Below, piece after piece: positions 34,128-48,122 of a DNA stretch of 64,000 bases. How positions within the stretch are numbered: position 1 is the first letter of the stretch; every line of letters starts with the position of its first letter. Origin of the DNA: Eledone cirrhosa (Eukaryota); NCBI GenBank assembly GCA_964016885.1, contig OZ024743.1:334924001-334988000 (forward strand), read 5' to 3'. The translations under genes were made by a program, and so were the position numbers. The notes below the pieces were generated by a model. That model did not search any database. It was given only the letters and a program-made list of their open reading frames with translations, and was not told the DNA's origin.

Positions 34128-34183
<56 letters not shown>

Positions 34184-34623
34184 GGAGGGATAAAGGGAAG
34201 TCGAGAGAGATACAGAGCGAGAGAGGGAAGAAGGAAGAGAGAAAGATAAGTAAGAAAGGGAGGGAGACAGAGACAGAGAAAGTGAGAGACAGAGAAAATC
34301 AGAGAGAGAGGGAGAGAGTGAGAGATAAGGAGAGAGAGAGAGAGATTGATGCTATTTTGGTGTTGAAGATTGTCTTTCGAGGTGTTAACTCGAAATAATG
34401 ATTTTGGCAAATTGAAATCTGCATTGTACGCTTAATAAACATTTCGTAATTATACAACTCTCGCAGTCGTTCTCGCTTCTTCTCGCTCTTTCTCTGTCAA
34501 CCATGTCTCTGTGTTTTGACATAAATGACTTGACGTATGCTATCTTAATCATCCACATTAACTTACATCTTAGAATTTCAAGTGACAGTATTTCAACCAA
34601 CAATACACAAAATTGACAAGAGA

Positions 34624-34693
<70 letters not shown>

Positions 34694-34876
34694 ATGTATA
34701 TATAAACTTACGTACGTATATACGTATATGTATATATGTATATATAAATGTATATAAACATACGTAGGTATATATATATATATATATATAAATATATATG
34801 TATAAATATATATATGTATATATAAATATATATAAGTATATATAAATATATACATGTATATATAAATATATATATA

Positions 34877-34943
<67 letters not shown>

Positions 34944-35331
34944 GTATGTATATGTATGTATATGTACCTATGTATATATACATTGATTTTATTGCAACAG
35001 TATTCGTGATAATTTGCATTCGTCGACAGAATGTCTCATGTAATTGTTTTGCGGGAGCTGATCATTTTACTGAGACTAGCACTTTCTTTACTGAGACTAA
35101 CACTTTAAACCATTAATTCTAGTGTCACCACCTCATTTCCATCTAATCAACGTGGTGTGATTATTCCCCTTTAATTTCCAATTTCATTCTCAAACGTTTC
35201 AAATGTATTTCCACAGTAGTTTCGCAAACTTATGTGTACAACTTTAAATATTTATGGAGAAAGCGTTATGGATTTGTAATAGAATAAACGAATTAGTTAA
35301 ACTCAAGAATTTGAAAAGATATGTAAATTTG

Positions 35332-35720
<389 letters not shown>

Positions 35721-36737
35721 AACTTTGAATAACTTTGAAATGTTTTGGCCAGTATTGGCCCAGGCCATGTCTAACTTAATACCACCACCTGGCGAAGTCT
35801 TTCAATTCAGGATTTGGGCACCATGGCCCATTCGAGAAAAGTATTACTGTTTGCGGAGACATATCCGGGTGTGGGTGGTTTGTCCGGATTACTTGGAGGA
35901 ATTTGTCCAAAGACTTCTTAAATTTTGTGTGGTCAGTTTCTGTTTTGACGTCTCCTGGTGTGATGTTCAAGAGAGCAGGGCCAATTGAGGTGAAATAATT
36001 GTGCCGTATTGTTGTTATGAGTTGCGATTTAGATTTTTGTTTGGGACAGATAGCACGGGGCCCAAGCCTTGGGTGTATTTTGAAGGTGATACCAACATCA
36101 TTTGGGCAGTGCTGATGAAACATTTTCCACATCATGCAGATAATATAACGCTCACGGTGACATTGGAGTGAGTAAAGTTTCAGCTTTTCTAGTCGACCCC
36201 AGTAGTCAAGGTCTGGCATGCCATTTATCTTTTTCGTGATTGCCTTTTGGGGAGGTTCAAGTTTCATGATACTTTGTTTCGTGTGGGGAGACCACAGTGG
36301 ACAACAGTATTCAAGGTGTGGTCGGGCAAAAGTGGAGAAGAGAAGGGTAATGGTGTGGGAATCTCTCGACGGGAAGGTTCTGAGGATCCAGAAACACAAT
36401 CTGAGGGCCATGTCAACTTTGCTGCTTATATGCGTAGCCCAGCTTATGTTGTTGTCCACGGTTACTCCCAAGTCTCTGATGTTGTTAGATGCCACGAGAG
36501 TTTCACCGGAGGGAAGGGAGTACGTGAGTTTCAGAGCATCCTCTTTTCCAAAGTGGATCAGTTCGAATTTGTCTTCGTTCAGTAACATGTTGTTCTTTTC
36601 CGCCAATTGGGTAACAGCCAGTAGGTCTGACTGAAGGCTTATCCGCTCATCCACGCCATTGATGACCTTTTAGAGCTGGGAATCATCAGCGAAAATTCTA
36701 ATGTTGCTGGATTTGATGATGTCAGTGATGTCATTAA
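35721..36737 (-). mobile_element. 5'-truncated CR1-group LINE RT fragment
   Basis: [65 protein letters not shown]; one frameshift near 36680. Confidence 0.88.
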
Positions 36738-36772
36738 TATATACATATATATACATATATACATATATATAC

Positions 36773-36987
<215 letters not shown>

Positions 36988-36988
36988 C

Positions 36989-37035
<47 letters not shown>

Positions 37036-37057
37036 CATATATATATATACACATATA

Positions 37058-37092
<35 letters not shown>

Positions 37093-37159
37093 TTATACAT
37101 ATATACATATATATATATACATATATATATACATATATATATATACATATATGAACATT

Positions 37160-37502
37160 TTTGAATTTGCCACTCGACCAAGTAGGCAGTGAATTTTTCA
37201 ATGTCTTGGAATCTAGCCCCGCTCACTATTTTCCATCCACTTGAAGCTTAGCTGAGAATAGACTCCCTGATGACGTAAGGCTTCTCTCTATATATATTAC
37301 GTAACTATATTTATCCCCTAACAGAAACTAATTAGTTGGAGTGAAATTTTAGTAAGTCAATTTTCATAACATTCTTATTTACGTCTTTCATATAATTGTT
37401 CTGCATCCCCTTGCATAGAACCACAAAGTTACTAAGACAAAACATATATATTTGCTGGCATAGGTATGCATCTGTATACATATGTCGGTAGATATATTAA
37501 TT
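37160..37502 (+). mobile_element. Diverged partial copy of retrozyme-like family B (hammerhead 37262-37342)
   Basis: gctgagaatagactccCTGATGAcg...caGAAACTAATTAGTTggagtgaaa is shared with 49709-49806. Confidence 0.8.
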
Positions 37503-37567
37503 CTTTATAATGTATAGATATATGTATATATATATATATATATATATACATACATACATATATATAC

Positions 37568-37686
<119 letters not shown>

Positions 37687-37800
37687 CATATATATATACA
37701 TAAATATATATATAATGTATAAATATATATATAATGTATCTTTATAATGTATAGATATATGTATATATATATATATATATACATACATACATATATATAC

Positions 37801-37919
<119 letters not shown>

Positions 37920-38051
37920 CATATATATATACATAAATATATATATATATATATATATTAAAATAACAGATTAAAGAGCTTAAGCAAAGAAACGCTGCTT
38001 TCATCCTTAACGGGATCTTCTGAAACTGTCTTCACATTTATATATTATTAC

Positions 38052-38155
<104 letters not shown>

Positions 38156-38184
38156 CATATATATACATATACATATACATATAC

Positions 38185-38287
<103 letters not shown>

Positions 38288-38524
38288 CATGCTACTGTAC
38301 GTCTGTATACATATATGTATGTACGTATACATGCATACTTACATTTAAGTAAGTGCCATACTAAGAGTGAGAAATGAAATTTCGTTTTCATTTTGTTTCA
38401 ATTTATCGTTTTCGGTATGCCTGACCGATTTAACTCACTCAATATGCAAATTAGGCTGCTCAGCCGTTAATTTTCATAAGGAAAGTATATACTTTCGAAC
38501 GTTCAACTATCTGGCAGATGGGTA

Positions 38525-38569
38525 AACGGTGCTGATGATAGCTAACAAGCTTGAAACTAGTACATCGTT
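38525..38569 (+). ncRNA. Type I hammerhead ribozyme (family A2, copy 1)
   Basis: aacggtg CTGATGA tagc taacaa gctt GAAAC TA GTA catcgtt. Confidence 0.92.
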
Positions 38570-38727
38570 CCTGTGTCAGTGTTGAACAAAAAGGTGACGT
38601 GGTTGCCTTAACACCGTATGGCATAAATTCAGGCTGTTCAGTTTGTTTACAAATGAACAAAGCGACGTTATAATAAGCGCCGCTAAACTGATACGTGCAT
38701 ATATGTATGTGTACCTGTATGCATATG

Positions 38728-38758
<31 letters not shown>

Positions 38759-38998
38759 GTGCATGCTACTGTACGTCTGTATACATATATGTATGTACGT
38801 ATACATGCATACTTACATTTAAGTAAGTGCCATACTAAGAGTGAGAAATGAAATTTCGTTTTCATTTTGTTTCAATTTATCGTTTTCGGTATGCCTGACC
38901 GATTTAACTCACTCAATATGCAAATTAGGCTGCTCAGCCGTTAATTTTCATAAGGAAAGTATATACTTTCGAACGTTCAACTATCTGGCAGATGGGTA

Positions 38999-39043
38999 AA
39001 CGGTGCTGATGATAGCTAACAAGCTTGAAACTAGTACATCGTT
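38999..39043 (+). ncRNA. Type I hammerhead ribozyme (family A2, copy 2)
   Basis: Identical to 38525-38569, 474 bp downstream. Confidence 0.92.
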
Positions 39044-39477
39044 CCTGTGTCAGTGTTGAACAAAAAGGTGACGTGGTTGCCTTAACACCGTATGGCATAC
39101 ATTCAGGCTGTTCAGTTTGTTTACAAACGAACAAAGCGACGTTATAATAAGCGCCGCTAAACTGATACGTTCATATATGTATGTGTACCTGTATGCATAT
39201 CTATATATATATGTATATATATATATATATGTGCATGCTACTGTACGTCTGTATACATATATCTATGTACGTATACATGCATACTTACATTTAAGTAAGT
39301 GCCATACTAAGAGTGAGAAATGAAATTTCGTTTTCATTTTGTTTCAATTTATATATATATATATATATATTAAAATAACAGATTAAAGAGCTTAAGCAAA
39401 GAAACGCTGCTTTCACCCCTAACGGGATCTTCTGAAACTGTCTTCACATTTATATATTAATACTATACACACACACA

Positions 39478-39576
<99 letters not shown>

Positions 39577-40195
39577 GGATACTGTTTATGGTTATGTATA
39601 TACTAAAACCTTTTATAGTTATATATATTTTAAACCATAAACAGTGAAAGACAGTAATTTATTACTACCTTATTACCAGTAAGATAAATAGCTCAATGTA
39701 ATAACATCAGTTGTTCTACAGAGCAGTTATATAGCAATTACATGAATCAAAGTTCTGTTCAAATCATTTATTAGCTTACAATTGTTTCTTCCAAACCGAG
39801 GTTTGGAGTTTCGGAGTAATTTTTTAATGATTGTTTACATACATGACCTCCTTTCCAACACAAGAGACATACAGAAACATATGTATATATCGATGTACAT
39901 TGGGTTGACATCCATTATAATATTTTAGCATGGCAATTTACATTCAAATATTAAAGTCATATTAAAAGAAAATTAAAACAAGATTAAAGTTAAAATACAA
40001 CATTGGCAGTTTACGAAGATAATGCAAGAGGATAGTCTGAAGTAGTTAGTGTATGCAATAGTTACACGTGGGGCATGCACGTGTGTCTTATTTATATAAG
40101 ATTATAAGATTATATATATATATTTATATATATATATATATATTTAAATGACGGGAGGCCGGACTGGTGAAGTTCCCTCAAAGATTTATTTTAGC

Positions 40196-40256
40196 AAACA
40201 CTATGTACATTTCAGAGGTCAGGTTAGTAAGACCCTGGTGACATCCTCAGATGTTT
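40196..40256 (-). ncRNA. Hammerhead motif in a PLE-type 3' end (40145-40460)
   Basis: Minus strand: aaacat CTGAGGA ... GAAAT GTAC ATA gtgttt; irregular stem II. Confidence 0.72.
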
Positions 40257-40624
40257 ATTGCATAATAGTTATATAATAAAGAAATAATGGTAAACACATT
40301 CCAAATGTCTATTAAGGAGAGAAAGCAGATAAAAAGAATAGAAAACAATTTTTTTGACTCAAAGGCGCCAAGGGGGCCAGTTCTTGTCAGTTGTCCGCTG
40401 AAATAAATCTGTGGTTAACACTGAAATAAAACTTCACCAGTCCGTCCTCCTGTCATTTTACTTAATAATAATTAACTCCGTTCTCGCACCACCAACAAGA
40501 TTCAGCATCAAAGAAGGATGATTTACTTAACATTGAGTGCTTTTCCTAATATTACATCATGGTTGGCTATCCGGAATGACTAGTTCTATCCTGCGGTGAA
40601 GCACCAAACTTAAATATACACACA

Positions 40625-40737
<113 letters not shown>

Positions 40738-40855
40738 GTAGGAGGTGAGTTTTATTGTATAAAGCAATGCAGATATCGGATAAGAAGCACTCTACAGTTT
40801 GTAGGATTGGAGTATGCATAATATAAGATCAAAAGATGGTTAAAGGAGTTCCATG

Positions 40856-40925
40856 TATTTTATTATGCGCATTTCAAAAACAAACATCATCATGCAATAA
40901 TATTTGTGTTTTCATCAGATAAAAC
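40856..40925 (-). ncRNA. Hammerhead ribozyme near the 3' end of the left arm
   Basis: Reverse complement of 46035-46104. Confidence 0.88.
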
Positions 40926-41940
40926 AGGAGAACATGATATGAAGGCTAAAAAACACTTGTGGATAGTGCAGTTTTAAATCAACATATGAAAAGTGGTTTT
41001 AGATTGATGTGTGATATTGGGAAAGATATTTTATTTAGAGAGGGGGGGGTGGAAAGGATGAAAAGGGAAGGAGATGAGAGGGAGAGATGGGTGATAGAGA
41101 GAAAGAGATAGTTTTTATAACTGAGAGGAGATATATTGTTTTACATAGAGAGGTTGAAACCGTTGGAAGATAATGTATAAATTAAAAATTTTGAAAATTA
41201 ACGAAGGGAGGATATGTGCGAGGAAAAAATATTTTATTTAGGGAGGGGGGTGGAAAGGATGAAAAAAAGGGGGAGGAGATGAGAGTGAAGGTGGAGAGGG
41301 AGAGATGGGTGATAGAGAGAAAGAGATAGTTTTTATAACTGAGAAAAAGTTATATTGTTTTAACATAGAGAGGTTGTGAACCGTTGGAAGATAATGTATA
41401 AATTAAAGGAATTTGAAAATTAACGAAGGGAAATTATGTATGAAGATAGAGAGAAAAAAATAATAATTGTGGATGAATATTCTAACGTCAAAAAAAGAAA
41501 TGTATGTATTGTGGCAATTTCAAAATTAACGAAGAGAAAAATTATTAAGGTTTGTGTGTAGAAGGATTTGAGAAAAATAATGTGAAGTTAAAGTTTGTAT
41601 ATTGAAGGAATTGATAATATATGCGAATAAAGAGTTGATATGTATTAATAATGAGTTCGTTGATGGGGAGAAAAAAATAATAATAAATTAAGGATGAAAT
41701 TGAGATTAAAAAGATTTATGATAGAGAGAAAAAATAATAATGATTGCGGATGAATATTCTTAATGTCAAAACAACAAATGTATATGTTATGATTTTACAA
41801 GGTGAAGATAGAATGAGGGTAATGAGTAAACTAGTATTATAGAGTGTATAAATTTAAAGTAAGGTAGATGGGTATATTTTAAAGAGGTGTATGTATATGT
41901 GCCTTTGAGAAAAGATTCTAAATTGATAAAGAATTGAATA

Positions 41941-43754
41941 TTAACTGTATACTTTGTGAAAAGTTCTATGGAATTTATGCAGGCAGATAGAAAACAAATC
42001 TGTGCGTCTATTTATTATAGAATCTAGGTTAGAGATAATGGTAAATTTTTCATTTAGGCAGAGATTACAGATTTTAGATAGAGAGCTGTTCAAGTATGAG
42101 GATGCAGAAGAAATCTTCTTCCAAAAGATGGTATATTTAATGTTTTTGTCTTTTAAGGACCATATGAGTTCTGAGAGAGCAGTGTTAGTTCTTTTAAGTT
42201 TGTGTTTGAAAGATGAATGATGATTATAGAGACGAGCTTTAAAAGAGGTGGAAGTGGAGCCAAAATAGGTGAAGGAATTGGTGCTAGTTATAATTTTACA
42301 TTCATAAATTAAGTTTTTATCGAGACAATGGTTGTTGAGAGGACATTTATTTTTAATGCGGCAGTTGCAATTAGAGAGATTATTAATGAGTGATCTAGTG
42401 TTATCTATAGAAGGAATTGGATTGGAGAAGTTGTTTGCGATAGGAATAATAGGAATAATAGTTTCTTGATTTAGAGTTGGATTATGAACATTTAGCGAAG
42501 TTGTGTTTGACGTTGTATTTGGGTTTACAGAAGTTAGCCTAGGGTTTACAATGACGTCGGGAGTACTATTACTGTTATTATGAAATTCAATATTGGAAGG
42601 AAGAGATTTAGTATTTAGTATTTTATTGTTGTGTTTAGAGATGATGTTGGAAATATTGGAGGATGTAGAATACGAACATTTGATGGTGTGTTTGTTAAAT
42701 ATTTTACTATAGATATGTGAGGGAGGGAAGCATTTATTTAAGGCACTAGAAAATAATTTAGGAATATTGTTATTAATAGAGATGGAGAAAGGAGCATTAT
42801 ACCAGATTATGTTTTTGTATCTAGGTCTTTTATTAAAATTATTGGAATGGTCATGATTAATTATTCTACTGTAAGTTTTTCTAGAATTTGTTTCTTTACT
42901 ATATTTGATTTTATCTGGATAGCCGGCTTTAGAAAGTGCGTTATTATAGTAATTGGCGTTAGCATCAAAGATGTTTTTATTAGAAGATATGTTAGATATT
43001 CTATTTCCAATATTATTAACTATAGCATTCTTGATATTGGTAGGATGGTTAGATTTAAAGTTAACATAATTAAGGTTCTCATTGTTTTTATGGTAAGGGT
43101 AATATAGGCCAGTGTCAAGATTAAGAGATACATCCAAGAAATTAGCTAGTTTGATACTATTATCAAATTCAATTTTTAGGTTATGTTGGTTAAAGAGATT
43201 ACGTATATTGTTCTTAATAATATTAAGGTTAACTATATTGCAATTTAGGATAGTAAAGAGTCCATCGTCACGATAAATTCCACCGCGAAGTTGAGGAATT
43301 TTCTGACTCAAAGAGTTCAAAATGAAGATACCAATTAAATCAGTCAATTGGGATGAATCGGATGCTCCCATTGTGATGTCGAAGTTGTTAGAGGTATCGG
43401 CTCTGGTCCAATATTCGTTGTTGAACTCTAGGATGGTTTTACGTGCGGTGAGGATGATGTGAAGTTCATCTGTGGTGATGTCAGAATATTTAAGTGCGAA
43501 AGATAGAGCATTATTGAGAAGTGAAGGCGAAATGGAGGAATGGTAGCTGGCAATATCAAATTGAATAAATTTTAGTTTGTTTTTATTATCCAATTTGTTG
43601 AACCAGCCAATCACTTCAGAAGTACCAAACCATAAATTTAGGTTCAAAGAAGAGAAATTAGAACTAACCTGTGGGATAATTCTATCCAAGATGGCTTTAC
43701 TAACAACCCCCAGATCAGATTTAGAGGGGGCGATTAATCTAACAGGTAGTTCAG
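41941..43754 (-). CDS. PLE RT-GIY-YIG, uninterrupted but N-terminally truncated
   Basis: PVRLIAPSKSDLG, FIQFDIASYHSSIS, FDITMGASDSSQLTDLIG, GGIYRDDGL, ANFLDV, IIWYNAPFS, CNCRIKNKCPL..C and NLIYEC..TYFGST. The track ORF's first ~30 aa are junction-derived. Confidence 0.93.
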
Positions 43755-43768
43755 TACCTGTTAGATTA

Positions 43769-45019
43769 AACCAACATAACCTAAAAATTGAATTTGATAA
43801 TAGTATCAAACTAGCTAATTTCTTGGATGTATCTCTTAATCTTGACACTGGCCTATATTACCCTTACCATAAAAACAATGAGAACCTTAATTATGTTAAC
43901 TTTAAATCTAACCATCCTACCAATATCAAGAATGCTATAGTTAATAATATTGGAAATAGAATATCTAACATATCTTCTAATAAAAACATCTTTGATGCTA
44001 ACGCCAATTACTATAATAACGCACTTTCTAAAGCCGGCTATCCAGATAAAATCAAATATAGTAAAGAAACAAATTCTAGAAAAACTTACAGTAGAATAAT
44101 TAATCATGACCATTCCAATAATTTTAATAAAAGACCTAGATACAAAAACATAATCTGGTATAATGCTCCTTTCTCCATCTCTATTAATAACAATATTCCT
44201 AAATTATTTTCTAGTGCCTTAAATAAATGCTTCCCTCCCTCACATATCTATAGTAAAATATTTAACAAACACACCATCAAATGTTCGTATTCTACATCCT
44301 CCAATATTTCCAACATCATCTCTAAACACAACAATAAAATACTAAATACTAAATCTCTTCCTTCCAATATTGAATTTCATAATAACAGTAATAGTACTCC
44401 CGACGTCATTGTAAACCCTAGGCTAACTTCTGTAAACCCAAATACAACGTCAAACACAACTTCGCTAAATGTTCATAATCCAACTCTAAATCAAGAAACT
44501 ATTATTCCTATTATTCCTATCGCAAACAACTTCTCCAATCCAATTCCTTCTATAGATAACACTAGATCACTCATTAATAATCTCTCTAATTGCAACTGCC
44601 GCATTAAAAATAAATGTCCTCTCAACAACCATTGTCTCGATAAAAACTTAATTTATGAATGTAAAATTATAACTAGCACCAATTCCTTCACCTATTTTGG
44701 CTCCACTTCCACCTCTTTTAAAGCTCGTCTCTATAATCATCATTCATCTTTCAAACACAAACTTAAAAGAACTAACACTGCTCTCTCAGAACTCATATGG
44801 TCCTTAAAAGACAAAAACATTAAATATACCATCTTTTGGAAGAAGATTTCTTCTGCATCCTCATACTTGAACAGCTCTCTATCTAAAATCTGTAATCTCT
44901 GCCTAAATGAAAAATTTACCATTATCTCTAACCTAGATTCTATAATAAATAGACGCACAGATTTGTTTTCTATCTGCCTGCATAAATTCCATAGAACTTT
45001 TCACAAAGTATACAGTTAA
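43769..45019 (+). CDS. Inverted duplicate: RT C-terminus + GIY-YIG endonuclease
   Basis: Peptide from NQHNLKIEF to the stop is identical to the minus-strand copy. Confidence 0.9.
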   Translation, partial: NQHNLKIEFDNSIKLANFLDVSLNLDTGLYYPYHKNNENLNYVNFKSNHPTNIKNAIVNNIGNRISNISSNKNIFDANANYYNNALSKAGYPDKIKYSKETNSRKTYSRIINHDHSNNFNKRPRYKNIIWYNAPFSISINNNIPKLFSSALNKCFPPSHIYSKIFNKHTIKCSYSTSSNISNIISKHNNKILNTKSLPSNIEFHNNSNSTPDVIVNPRLTSVNPNTTSNTTSLNVHNPTLNQETIIPIIPIANNFSNPIPSIDNTRSLINNLSNCNCRIKNKCPLNNHCLDKNLIYECKIITSTNSFTYFGSTSTSFKARLYNHHSSFKHKLKRTNTALSELIWSLKDKNIKYTIFWKKISSASSYLNSSLSKICNLCLNEKFTIISNLDSIINRRTDLFSICLHKFHRTFHKVYS

Positions 45020-46034
45020 TATTCAATTCTTTATCAATTTAGAATCTTTTCTCAAAGGCACATATACATACACCTCTTTAAAATATACCCATCTACCTTA
45101 CTTTAAATTTATACACTCTATAATACTTGTTTACTCATTACCCTCATTCTATCTTCACCTTGTAAAATCATAACATATACATTTGTTGTTTTGACATTAA
45201 GAATATTCATCCGCAATCATTATTATTTTTTCTCTCTATCATAAATCTTTTTAATCTCAATTTCATCCTTAATTTATTATTATTTTTTCTCCCCATCAAC
45301 GAACTCATTATTAATACATATCAACTCTTTATTCGCATATATTATCAATTCCTTCAATATACAAACTTTAACTTCACATTTTATTTCTCAAATCCTTCTA
45401 CACACAAACCTTAATAATTTTTCTCTTCGTTAATTTTGAAATTGCCACAATACATACATTTCTTTTTTTGACGTTAGAATATTCATCCACAATTATTATT
45501 TTTTTCTCTCTATCTTCATACATAATTTCCCTTCGTTAATTTTCAAATTCCTTTAATTTATACATTATCTTCCAACGGTTCCCAACCTCTCTATGTTAAA
45601 ACAATATATCTTTTTCTCAGTTATAAAAACTATCTCTTTCTCTCTATCACCCATCTCTCCCTCTCCACCTTCACTCTCATCTCCTCCCCCTTTTTTTCAT
45701 CCTTTCCACCCCCCTCCCTAAATAAAATATTTTTTCCTCGCACATATCCTCCCTTCGTTAATTTTCAAAATTTTTAATTTATACATTATCTTCCAACGGT
45801 TTTCAACCTCTCTATGTAAAACAATATATCTCCTCTCAGTTATAAAAACTATCTCTTTCTCTCTATCACCCATCTCTCCCTCTCATCTCCTTCCCTTTTC
45901 ATCCTTTCCACCCCCCCCTCTCTAAATAAAATATCTTTCCCAATATCACACATCAATCTAAAACCACTTTTCATATGTTGATTTAAAACTGCACTATCCA
46001 CAAGTGTTTTTTAGCCTTCATATCATGTTCTCCT

Positions 46035-46104
46035 GTTTTATCTGATGAAAACACAAATATTATTGCATGATGATGTTTGTTTTTGAAATGCGCATAATAA
46101 AATA
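46035..46104 (+). ncRNA. Hammerhead ribozyme near the 3' end of the right arm
   Basis: ttttat CTGATGA aaacacaaatattattgcatgatgatgtttgttttt GAAAT GCGC ATA ataaaa, ~40 nt before (TA)n. Confidence 0.9.
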
Positions 46105-46134
46105 CATGGAACTCCTTTAACCATCTTTTGATCT

Positions 46135-46172
<38 letters not shown>

Positions 46173-46176
<4 letters not shown>

Positions 46177-46390
46177 AAGAGATTTAAAACAGGTTAAAAT
46201 TAGCTTCGTTTATTTATAGCCGCTGTTATATATATTTCGGTAATAACCATAACACAACCTCTATGACCTCTTCAGAGAGCTAGAATATGAACAGAAAAAA
46301 CAGAAAAGCATAACGATGGAATAAAGCTTACTTCTGTATGGATTTTTGATATTCTCAGTGCTGAAGTTTGGTGTTGTTTTCTCAAAGCAC
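46173..46390 (-). mobile_element. PLE-type 3' end with degenerate hammerhead (46222-46280), related to 56977-57900
   Basis: Minus strand: gctct CTGAAGA ggtca...tacc GAAAT ATAT ATA acagc..aataaacgaagctaa. Confidence 0.7.
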
Positions 46391-46399
46391 TGATATATA

Positions 46400-46520
46400 G
46401 ATATCCGTAGAGCATACTGATTAATGTTCAGAGCCATCCTCAGCATCCTCTTATAGCACCCATCCACCATCTGAGTGAGTTTCCTGGTCAGTGTCCAAGT
46501 CTCAGACCCGTACAGCACAT
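46400..46520 (-). mobile_element. RTE-group RT fragment
   Basis: VLYGSETWTLT..VDGCYKRMLRMALNI. Confidence 0.75.
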
Positions 46521-46847
46521 CTAGAAAGTTCCCTCTGGAGCACAAATGTTTTTGTGAAAGACCAGCAATTGCCCATGCATTCTAATCACTCTTCTCCATC
46601 GATGCTGTCCAATACAGCTTGGCACCTGAGACGTCGCAACTAATTTCTACAGCTGAGTAACCAGGAGCAGAGTGATATAAAGGACTCAACGCGTCACTCG
46701 GCCCGGCAATCAAACTCACAACCTCACGGCTGAAAGTCCAATTTTCTAACCACTAAGAATGCACCTTCATACATATATATATGTGTGCGTCTGTGTAGTG
46801 TATGTGTGTGTGTGTGTATGTGTGTGTGTGTGTGTGTGTGTATGTGG

Positions 46848-46878
<31 letters not shown>

Positions 46879-47189
46879 AGTGTGTCTGTGTGTGTATTTT
46901 CTTTCATAGTAAAGAAGTAAAATCCCAACGGCAAGCCTTTATCAAGGAAATAATTGTGGTTGTTATATTGTTTTGTTATTCAATATGCAAATAAGGTGGC
47001 CTCTCCTGGAGCGATGTGTGCAATTAGATCGCTCATTCTTACGAAATATTGGATTGAAATCCACTCATGTATGAAGTGTGTAATGGGCTGCATGATGAAA
47101 TTGGAGGGGTAGATAATGTTGCAGAAGGTCATGTTGGTGGCAGTGTTTGCTGAATATTTTACGGCAGAATGGTTAGACATTGTATTGAG

Positions 47190-47227
<38 letters not shown>

Positions 47228-47810
47228 TTAGAGAGAAAGAAAGAGAGAGAGAGAAAGAGAGAGAAAGAGAGATGGGGGAGAGAGAGAGAGAGAGTCATAG
47301 TAGACCTATTCTTAGATTGTGGGGTTATAGGGAAGCCGAAGAAGAACACCAGGAAGACGATGAAGGAGACGAAACAAGAGGGAGGATAATGTATGTGTAT
47401 ATCCAAAATCCAGAGCCTTCGTATTCCTGTTGAAAGAACCCCTCCCTGATTGACCTCCACAACTTCATATCTCTGGCCATATTGTGCCAGGTGAGGCCGA
47501 GGTAACGGGTTAGATCATCGCACCATCTTGCCTCTGAGCACTCTCTGGTCCTTTTCTACTGCCTTGGTGTCCAATATATATTTCTAACACATCACTTCAT
47601 TTACACATATCAATCTATATAACATGAAAAGAATGCAGCAAAACAAGAATGAACTGAAAATGTTATATAGTTTGCTTCAAGCATTCTATATGATATATAA
47701 TGTGGAAAGTGATATATGTAAGAAGGCTGAACAATGCGAAATGGACGGTAAGATGAAGGCAACATAAAAGTTACTTACCTGGTAATTGTTGTTGGTTTTT
47801 TTTTTTTTTC

Positions 47811-47851
47811 GTCCTAATATTTCGAGACTTAAGATTACCTTCGTCAGAGTA
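47811..47851 (-). ncRNA. Degenerate hammerhead motif
   Basis: Minus strand: CTGACGA aggtaatcttaagtctc GAAAT ATT agga; imperfect stems. Confidence 0.5.
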
Positions 47852-47933
47852 TAAAGAATTCTCCGAGAGAAAAAAACGGTCCGATTTTTTCGTTTTGAAA
47901 TTAGGATATATGTATGTATATATATATATATAT

Positions 47934-48122
<189 letters not shown>

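Larger units (their letters stand above)
40818..46142. mobile_element. Young PLE insertion: two 5'-truncated copies joined head to head (2374 bp inverted arms)
   Basis: Arms 40818-43191 and 43769-46142 are near-identical; the EN-containing peptides are identical in the ORF track. Confidence 0.96.

Noticed and set aside
43577-43768. N-terminal extension of the 480-aa plus-strand ORF
   Set aside because: Antisense RT sequence plus the junction hairpin; not a real protein start.
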